Assembly: GCA_022729235.1 (NCBI GenBank)
Contig: JALDAJ010000001.1
Location: 800,001-864,000, forward strand
Reading direction: 5' to 3'
DNA length: 64,000 nt
From: Candidatus Nanohalarchaeota archaeon
GTDB lineage: Archaea; Nanohalarchaeota; Nanosalinia; Nanosalinales; Nanosalinaceae
Numbering within the stretch: the stretch's first letter is position 1; each line of letters opens with the position of its first letter. Shown in pieces: positions 57,380-64,000 of the stretch. The translations under genes were made by a program, and so were the position numbers. Below the pieces are notes generated by a model. That model was not told the DNA's origin, made no database searches, and saw nothing but the letters and a program-made list of their open reading frames with translations.

Positions 57380-58989
57380 ATACTATGCAAAGAGAAGATT
57401 TTGAAGCCATAAACTTTGAAGATGAGGAAATACCCGCAGAGGTAATCAAAATCAAAGACGGCAGAAGAATAACTGTTGCTAAAGGCGACCAGATGGAGAT
57501 GGGGAGCTTCAAAGTAGTAGAAGACCCGAAAGGAGACTACCTAATCAAAGTCATAGAACCTGTCAAGTCAGATGGAGATGCTGAATCACATTATCAGTTC
57601 CAAAAATTCGGATTCCCGACCTTTGAACCTTGGAATCATAAATGCAGTATAGTCGGAAAAGTAGAAGACGGAGAAGTCAAAGGATACGATAAAAAACCAG
57701 AAAAAGGAAGTCCTGTACTAGACAAACTTGACGGAGACATCTTCGACTACACAGAACCATACTTCGGAGAACTCGCCACCGACGATATACAGGTAGGTAT
57801 TCCGCAGGAAGCAATCAACCTTCACTTCTCAATCTTCGGAGGAAGCGGAAAAGGAAAAACCAACACCGCCTGCGTTATCATATCCCAACTTCACGGATTC
57901 CAACAAGCAGTACCTATCGTAATCGAAAACAAGAACAGCCTAGTAGACGACCTAATCAAGCACTACTACAGCAAAAGCGATAACGACGAATACCAAGTCC
58001 TGACAGCCAACGAAGCAAACTACGAAAACTTCAAGGACTACGGAGTTCCCAGCAACCAGATAAGGAAACTATTGATAGACCCTAACGACCTCGACCTAGA
58101 CACATTCCGACTTCTAGTAAGAAACTTCGATAGAGAAAGCACTTACGCCAACGTCATACAAGATTACTACTACGAACATAGGCAGGACAACTGGTTCGAC
58201 ACCTTGGAAGACGAAATAGAAGACGGAGAACTTGATGTAGCGGAAGCAACAGAGGACGCTATCAGGCGCAGAGTGAACAGCGTTAGAAGAAAAAGCTTTA
58301 TCGCTGACAGAGATGAAGACGGAATAGAAATCTTCGACGTAGCCAAGCACACAGTGAATGAGGAGGAAGCACTTATCGTGGATGTATCCAGTGCAGGAGA
58401 CAGAGTTATGAAAGCAGTTGGAATGCTTGTAGCCAACAAACTTGCCTCTGTATGCGACAGAAGAAGAGTTGAGTCCGACAATATGGATGACGAAGTACCG
58501 TTCATCCTGGCGATGGACGAGGCGCACAACTGGATAGGGAAAGGAGAAGACACAGAACATATCTTCAGAAGATTCATCAAGGAACAGCGTCAGAACAAGC
58601 TTGGATTCCTGTTTATCACGCAGGAAGGAAGCAACCTAGATACACCGTTCTTCAACAACGTAGGAACTATAATCACTCACACGATGAAAGGAGATGAAGC
58701 CAGCCACGTAGCATCAAATATGTCCACAGATACAGAGAAAGGAGAAATAGAAACACTAGAGAAAGGAACTGCTATCGTAGAAGACTCCACCGAGCATAGC
58801 AAGGTAGACGCTTCCCTAAAAGTTGAAGTCTTCGGTGCTTTCGAAGACTGGGTATGGAACGCAGAACTCTACGAATGCAGTGACTGCGGAGAAAAAAAGG
58901 CATTAAACGAATTGCGCCAGCCCCGTGAAACTCCAAAATGTAAAAGTTGCAATACTACGGCAGAAGACTTTGTAGAGCAACAGGTCTAG
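57376..58989 (+). CDS. HerA/FtsK-like ATPase (DUF87) with C-terminal zinc ribbon
   Basis: HAS-like N-terminus, HFSIFGGSGKGKT, DEAHN, ITQ, C-terminal CSDC..CKSC. Confidence 0.88.
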   Translation: MNTMQREDFEAINFEDEEIPAEVIKIKDGRRITVAKGDQMEMGSFKVVEDPKGDYLIKVIEPVKSDGDAESHYQFQKFGFPTFEPWNHKCSIVGKVEDGEVKGYDKKPEKGSPVLDKLDGDIFDYTEPYFGELATDDIQVGIPQEAINLHFSIFGGSGKGKTNTACVIISQLHGFQQAVPIVIENKNSLVDDLIKHYYSKSDNDEYQVLTANEANYENFKDYGVPSNQIRKLLIDPNDLDLDTFRLLVRNFDRESTYANVIQDYYYEHRQDNWFDTLEDEIEDGELDVAEATEDAIRRRVNSVRRKSFIADRDEDGIEIFDVAKHTVNEEEALIVDVSSAGDRVMKAVGMLVANKLASVCDRRRVESDNMDDEVPFILAMDEAHNWIGKGEDTEHIFRRFIKEQRQNKLGFLFITQEGSNLDTPFFNNVGTIITHTMKGDEASHVASNMSTDTEKGEIETLEKGTAIVEDSTEHSKVDASLKVEVFGAFEDWVWNAELYECSDCGEKKALNELRQPRETPKCKSCNTTAEDFVEQQV

Positions 58990-58992
58990 AGA

Positions 58993-59754
58993 ATGAAAAT
59001 TAACTTGTTTGGAGTTAGTCACGTAGCTCAGAAAAGTGAAATGCAGGAACAGCTAGAGGATTATATTGAAGATAAAGAGCTTGACGCAATTTTTATTGAA
59101 AGACTGGATGAAGAGCCTGGTATTAAGGAAAAGTTGAAGGCATCTTTGATGAATCCGTCTCTTATGCTTTTCAAGTATCTATACAAGCACATAGGAGATT
59201 TACTGGTTTTCCTCAAGAATCTAACTAGGAGACGAGAGATAAACTGGACTAGAGATGACGGACGAATAGCTAAAGAACTCAGTAATGAGTTAAATATTCC
59301 ATTATATAATGTTGATAAGTCGATTGAAAAATCTATACTTGATGAAGGCTGGATTTGGACAGCATTAAGCTGGACAGTCTTTCTAGCCCTCTCAGCACAG
59401 ATATTCCAGTTCGGCTACCTAATATTTGTAGGAGAATTTTACAGTATACTTGGTCTAGGCGCAGAAATCTTCGGACTAATAGCCTCCCTGTTTTTCGCAG
59501 TATCAATCCTAATCGCATTTCCATTCATAATAGCCGAAGTAGACTCCAGAAACATCTATATGCTGAACAACTTACAGGAAATATCCGAAGAAAATGATTA
59601 CGAAAATGTATTGATGATAACTGGTAGAAAACACGTAGAAGGGTTTGAAACACTGATACAAATGACACCAGATAGTTGCAGTTCAGAGAATTATACAAGG
59701 AAATCGTTAAGACAAAGGATTCAGAGTAGAGTAGGAGGTATTGCTAGTAGATGA
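58993..59754 (+). CDS. TraB-like membrane protein
   Basis: GVSH, FIE, RNIYM and ITGRKH motifs with two TM helices. Confidence 0.6.
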   Translation: MKINLFGVSHVAQKSEMQEQLEDYIEDKELDAIFIERLDEEPGIKEKLKASLMNPSLMLFKYLYKHIGDLLVFLKNLTRRREINWTRDDGRIAKELSNELNIPLYNVDKSIEKSILDEGWIWTALSWTVFLALSAQIFQFGYLIFVGEFYSILGLGAEIFGLIASLFFAVSILIAFPFIIAEVDSRNIYMLNNLQEISEENDYENVLMITGRKHVEGFETLIQMTPDSCSSENYTRKSLRQRIQSRVGGIASR

Positions 59755-60014
59755 ATTCAGAAATGGATTACTGCCCTAGCTGTGGCGGGGATGTGTTAGA
59801 TGAAGCAAGTTACTGTCATTCTTGTGGGGAGAAACTTGAAGATTTTAACACAGACTCCCACGACAGCAGTAGTGAGGAGAAGGAAGATGACCAAGAGAAT
59901 GAGAAATTGAAGGAATTGGAAAGTCTTCTTCAAGAGAACCCTGAATTGTATGATACCTTGACAAATATCGAGCAAAGGATAATAGACGCACTTGGAGTTA
60001 ATCCAAATAACTAA
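59751..60014 (+). CDS. Double zinc-ribbon protein
   Basis: YCPSCG...ASYCHSCG. Confidence 0.75.
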   Translation: MNSEMDYCPSCGGDVLDEASYCHSCGEKLEDFNTDSHDSSSEEKEDDQENEKLKELESLLQENPELYDTLTNIEQRIIDALGVNPNN

Positions 60015-60056
60015 AACTCCAATTATCGCCTTTAAAATCTCAATATTGCCTGTCTG

Positions 60057-60857
60057 CTAAATCCTCTGATACCCTTCTTCGTTTTGGAAAACTTCTCCTT
60101 CTCTCGCTAGTTCATTTAATGCGGTTTCCGCCATCTTCACTGTGACTCCTTTTTCCTTTACTTTTTCAGCGATTTCTCCAGGGGTGAACCCTGAGTCTTC
60201 AGAAGAATCGGGTAGGGCTTGTTTCACTATATTCTTGACTGGCGGTGTTTTCTCGACTTTCTTGTAATTATAGGCTTCGTCTTTAGTGAAGTCTTTGATT
60301 CCGCCATAATCGTATTTCTGCTTGTCCCATTTCATATTGAAGAGTGCTTCATAGGCAACTTCGTTAAGTGCCTTGTGTCTTCTCCAGCGAAGAGCTGATA
60401 GTAGCCAGTGCGCAGGTGAGGTCGTTTCTATGTTATCTTCTATTTTCTCAGAGTTCAGAATTATTTCCAACCCTTCAAACAAGACTTTTTCCAGTTTCCA
60501 GTATCCACATTTTTGCGGTAGTATATGTTCGATATAGGATTCTAGGAATTCTCTTACCCATTTTTCGTTGTCGATTAGGGATTCTACTACGACTTCTGAG
60601 TTTGCTTCGTGTTTAAGTTCTTGGTATATGAAGTCGGCGATTCTCTCAGTGTTTACTCGGTAATATGTTGGGTTTTCTCCGAGAATTGGTTCGATGAATT
60701 TGACTTTTTCTAGTTTTTGAACTACTCTATCTACTGATGTTTGGTGTTTATCCAGTTTTTTAGATAGTTCTGAGGTATAGGAGGGTTGTTTTGCTAATTC
60801 GTGTAGAATTTTGGTGGCAAGAGGTGATTCTAGAGGCGCAGTACTAGATTCAGACAT
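60057..60857 (-). CDS. Two-wHTH regulator (ArsR-like N-terminus)
   Basis: KILHELAKQPSYTSELSKKL; C-terminal ALNELAREGEVFQ. Confidence 0.7.
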   Translation of the reverse strand: MSESSTAPLESPLATKILHELAKQPSYTSELSKKLDKHQTSVDRVVQKLEKVKFIEPILGENPTYYRVNTERIADFIYQELKHEANSEVVVESLIDNEKWVREFLESYIEHILPQKCGYWKLEKVLFEGLEIILNSEKIEDNIETTSPAHWLLSALRWRRHKALNEVAYEALFNMKWDKQKYDYGGIKDFTKDEAYNYKKVEKTPPVKNIVKQALPDSSEDSGFTPGEIAEKVKEKGVTVKMAETALNELAREGEVFQNEEGYQRI

Positions 60858-60915
60858 ACTACCACATAGGTGTGGTAGTCTTAAATTTGTTTTGTGAGGG
60901 ATATTGAAGAAACCG

Positions 60916-61392
60916 CTAGAGGTCGTAGATTTTATTTACAACGAAGGCTAACTGTCCTGCCTCTATGTAGTCAAGATTCCCGTTTCTGACTCTTGACTTT
61001 ATATCTTCAATTCCGCAGTAGACTTCATCATTCTGGTATTTGAGTAAGGTGTCTCTATTTTCATCGTAGTCTACTATACAAAACTCTGACCTGTCTTTAT
61101 CGTAGAGAACTTCACCGAGATGAAGCTTTCCTTGTTTTATTCCGAACAACATTCCTTGAGCTCCATATTTCAGTCTGAAGTTTCGAAGTTTACTCGATGC
61201 TTCTTCTATCTTTGAAGCACTGACTTCCGAGTTTTCTACATCTTTTCCGCTAACTGAGAAGTCTTCAGGTACTCTATATTTTCTTTCTGTCTTGTTCAAG
61301 TTCCATTCAGATTCTACAAGACCTGCCTCATTAAGAGTTTTCAGAGCATTTCTCACTTCTTGTATCTCTTCTTTACTAGGTTGTTCTGTCAT
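60916..61392 (-). CDS. Hypothetical protein
   Basis: 158-aa ORF with GAGG SD. Confidence 0.55.
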   Translation of the reverse strand: MTEQPSKEEIQEVRNALKTLNEAGLVESEWNLNKTERKYRVPEDFSVSGKDVENSEVSASKIEEASSKLRNFRLKYGAQGMLFGIKQGKLHLGEVLYDKDRSEFCIVDYDENRDTLLKYQNDEVYCGIEDIKSRVRNGNLDYIEAGQLAFVVNKIYDL

Positions 61393-61426
61393 AAAAATTA
61401 TACCTCAGCGAAATGTAAAGTAAAGT

Positions 61427-61924
61427 ATGGACAGTAAATTGAAATGTGAAATAGCTGATGGCGATTGGAATTCCAGAAAAAGTCAGTGTGAGTTTAACAC
61501 TGTGTCCAATCATACAGATTGTGTAAAAAGAACGGTAAAAGAGGCTATAGGTAGCAGTATGACAGCAGGAGCAGAAGGAGCTGTCCTAAAAGGAACGAAA
61601 ACACTTGTACAGTGTTATGGTGAAAAATTTGTTTTCCAGCAAACTTACGAGAAACTAGAGGTGTCTGAAGAACACTCGGAAAGTTTCACTGCAGAAAGAA
61701 CTCGGCTTCAGACAGAAAACATAGCACAAAATACTTTGAAAGTTGCCGAGCAACCTGTGAAGCGTAGAGAGCCTGGTTTAGATGCAAGAAGCTTGGAAAA
61801 TAATGTTTCTGAGCAGAGAGAAAGTATAACTTGTCCGAAATGCGGTACAGAAATGAAGAAGACAATAGATTCAATTTATGTATGTTCTGAGTGCAACTCT
61901 AAATTTATTGAGGGCAAAACTTAG
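61427..61924 (+). CDS. Hypothetical protein with C-terminal zinc ribbon
   Basis: CPKCG...YVCSEC. Confidence 0.5.
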   Translation: MDSKLKCEIADGDWNSRKSQCEFNTVSNHTDCVKRTVKEAIGSSMTAGAEGAVLKGTKTLVQCYGEKFVFQQTYEKLEVSEEHSESFTAERTRLQTENIAQNTLKVAEQPVKRREPGLDARSLENNVSEQRESITCPKCGTEMKKTIDSIYVCSECNSKFIEGKT

Positions 61925-61951
61925 AGGGAAAATAGCTACAGATTCAAAAAA

Positions 61952-62404
61952 TTATTTTACATTCAACTTCTCCTCACGTTTCATACTACAAAACTCTTCT
62001 CTAGATATTATTACGTGGTCAAGTAGCTGGACATCGAACTTCTCCAAGCAGGTCTGAACCTGTTCGGTTGCCTTTAAGTCAGACGTGGATGGTTCTGCGC
62101 TGGTCGAGGCGTGGTTGTGGACTAGGATGACTGCTTCTGCATCAGTAAGGACTGCGGTTCTGACAATATCCTTCACGTCCAGGGAAGTCTGCATCGACTG
62201 TCCGAGGGAAATCAGTTTGTCACCGATAACCTTGTTGTCGTTGTTCAGGTAGACGACGTAGAGAGGTTCCTTCATCTTTCGGCGCAGGAACTGATACCTA
62301 TCTTTGATGTGCTGGAGGCTGGCTACCTGGTCTCTGCCCTCTTCGACTTGCTGGAGACTGCTTCCGCTGTGATTGTTCCGAAACTGTATTCCATAGACTA
62401 ACAC
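61952..62404 (-). CDS. RadC-like JAB domain protein
   Basis: E, HNHAS..AEPSTSD and LLDHVII motifs; start uncertain. Confidence 0.85.
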   Translation of the reverse strand: MLVYGIQFRNNHSGSSLQQVEEGRDQVASLQHIKDRYQFLRRKMKEPLYVVYLNNDNKVIGDKLISLGQSMQTSLDVKDIVRTAVLTDAEAVILVHNHASTSAEPSTSDLKATEQVQTCLEKFDVQLLDHVIISREEFCSMKREEKLNVK

Positions 62405-62441
62405 TTCTTGGAAGAAGTATGGGGTGAGGGAGAGGCAGGAC

Positions 62442-63827
62442 CTAGATTTTGCCTGCGCCTCCCTGTAGACCTTTCTGATTTTTCTCGATGACTACTACTT
62501 CTTGTTCGGTCTTGTTTCTTGCTATTTTGTCGGTGAGTGCGTGTCCGCAGGTGCAGAGGTCTCTGGTCGGTGGGTGGATTGTCTCGCAGTTCCCGCATTT
62601 CTTCCTGTCAAGCGCTTTCAGGTCTCTGTCGTCTTCTGGTTCGATTCCTTGTGCGAGAAGCCTGTCTCTCCCTTCTATCTTGTCAGGTTCTAATGTGTAA
62701 TCTCTGACTTGTTGAAGGTCGCTCCACCCTCCTCTGTCAGCTACTTCGCCTATATCCCAGTCTGCAATTTTGCGGTAATACGTTACCATCGAAAAACGGT
62801 ATGCGTGAGGGTTATGGCGTTTATCTAGGTTGATATTGTCTGCTAGTCTTTCCAGGGCTTTGGATATGCTTCTTCTGGACATTTGGTCTCCTCTATCCTT
62901 TGCTTTCTCTCCGTCTGGCGTGTATGAGTCTTGGAGGACGCAGAAGATGTAGGCTTCTGGGTTATCGCTTCGAGGGTGGTATTCCAGCCATTCACGGAGA
63001 AGATGTGTGCAACGTGTTAAATGGTTCTCTCTTTTTGGGCGCAGACTCTTGTTTTTCTGACTGTTCAGAGTTAGTGTGGTGTGTGTATCGTGTCTGGTTA
63101 CGTCCTTTATCTGGAGTGTTCTGATTTCCTCCAAACGAGCCCCTGTACAGTAGAATAGGAGTGGTAGGAGGGCATCTCTCCTGTTTTTTGCGGATTTCGC
63201 CATTGCCATTACTTCGTCTGGGAAGATGAAGTCGTAAATCCTCTTCAGTTCTTTCTTCCCTGGGTGGGAGGTGTTCGTGACCTCTGAGTCGAGGATGTTC
63301 CAGATACGGGGTGGTCTGTCTCTTGGAGGGAACATCGTCTTGTAGAACTTCTGGAGGCAGACACGTCTATCCCGCTTTGTGGTTGCGGAGACATCTTGCT
63401 GGTCTATTGCGTCAGCAAGTTTTCCTATGTCTTCCAGTGTTGCTTCTAAAAGCTTGAAATCGGTGTGTGGTAGAATTTGTCCGAACTGTGACAGGTATTT
63501 CTCAAGCCTGTAGTCGCTGATTTGGTCGTCTCGGACAGAGTTGAGTTCGTGTATGAACTCTTCTACTGCTTCTCCGTTTTCAGGGGAGACGTAGTCTTTG
63601 TCTAGAAGGTTTTGAAGTCGTCTTTGGATGTGTGGTGACAGAGTTGAATCTGTCGTTTTGTCTGTGTTGTCGTCTTCGTTGTGTTCTGGTTTCATTTCAA
63701 AGGGTTCACCTGATGTTTGAGTGAACCCTTCGGGTCGGTCGGGGTTTCCCCGCCCGTTCACCTGTTCGAGGAGTTGCCTCCTCTTATCTTTGTATTCCCG
63801 TTCCGTTATGGCTTGGGAATCCTTCAC
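62442..63827 (-). CDS. int: Tyrosine integrase with C-terminal zinc ribbon (archaeal tRNA-targeting type)
   Basis: RDALL...TGARLEE, K, NPHAYR, GGW...Y and CGNC..C.CG. Confidence 0.92.
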   Translation of the reverse strand: MKDSQAITEREYKDKRRQLLEQVNGRGNPDRPEGFTQTSGEPFEMKPEHNEDDNTDKTTDSTLSPHIQRRLQNLLDKDYVSPENGEAVEEFIHELNSVRDDQISDYRLEKYLSQFGQILPHTDFKLLEATLEDIGKLADAIDQQDVSATTKRDRRVCLQKFYKTMFPPRDRPPRIWNILDSEVTNTSHPGKKELKRIYDFIFPDEVMAMAKSAKNRRDALLPLLFYCTGARLEEIRTLQIKDVTRHDTHTTLTLNSQKNKSLRPKRENHLTRCTHLLREWLEYHPRSDNPEAYIFCVLQDSYTPDGEKAKDRGDQMSRRSISKALERLADNINLDKRHNPHAYRFSMVTYYRKIADWDIGEVADRGGWSDLQQVRDYTLEPDKIEGRDRLLAQGIEPEDDRDLKALDRKKCGNCETIHPPTRDLCTCGHALTDKIARNKTEQEVVVIEKNQKGLQGGAGKI

Positions 63828-63905
63828 GTCGCCGAAAGGCTTGTAGTGGGAAAACCGTTTCTATTCACCCACAAAGAGTGTGGGCTTTCGAAACGATTTT
63901 CACGA

Positions 63906-64000
63906 AGCCCCGCCCGAGATTTGAACCCGGGACCTCGTCCTGTTTGTTGACTGATTCCGCCGTAGGCGGCGACCACCGAAGTGTGGTCCTTGCGTGTGGA
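63906..64000 (-). tRNA. 3' exon and part of the intron of a tRNA truncated by the window end; Thr-like acceptor, isotype unverified
   Basis: Minus strand GGACG-AGGTC-CCGGG-TTCAAAT-CTCGG-GCGGGGC-T, preceded by hairpin-rich intron-like sequence. Confidence 0.8.

Larger units (their letters stand above)
31262..63916. mobile_element. tRNA-integrated genomic island, about 32.6 kb
   Basis: Direct repeat AAGCCCCGCCCG at 31262 and 63905 (tRNA 3' end); integrase adjacent to the tRNA; MCM, RadC and defence genes; AT-richer and GATC-depleted. Confidence 0.8.

Noticed and set aside
57376-58989. VirB4/VirD4 conjugation or viral packaging ATPase
   Set aside because: A HAS-like N-terminus and the adjacent NurA-like gene favour HerA; no T4SS or capsid genes recognised

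Overview
Archaeal DNA with a very acidic proteome, most consistent with a nanohaloarchaeon (DPANN; inferred from gene content and protein acidity). About 1-31,260 is core-like chromosome: the 3' part of a Gly-rich surface protein, rpS17e, a cold-shock protein, AlaX, two NUDIX genes, ABCE1, NusA-like, ftsZ, gatCAB with an inserted prenyl synthase, a PAN-like ATPase, an intron-containing tRNA-Arg(TCG), tRNA-Gly(TCC), a DenV-like glycosylase, a 36-aa repeat protein and membrane proteins. About 31,262-63,916 is a ~32.6 kb AT-richer island integrated at the 3' end of a tRNA, bounded by the 12-bp direct repeat AAGCCCCGCCCG with an integrase next to the tRNA. It carries an MCM replication module, a second tyrosine recombinase, a defence cluster (DUF262/GmrSD-like, type IIG RM, PLD-SNF2 helicase, ASCH/PUA), a divergent histone, NurA-HerA and RadC. 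Best leads: (1) structured AGCCC repeats separating single-gene cassettes at the island's left end, with a related copy in the integrase leader, possibly an integron-like capture system; (2) an ABCE1 whose Fe-S domain has lost every cysteine; (3) repeated-loop hairpin arrays on both sides of ftsZ; (4) an mTERF-like repeat protein with position-specific variable residues; (5) apparent complete absence of GATC over ~30 kb of the island; (6) a charge-swapped, element-encoded histone. All family calls are by motif recognition, not database search.
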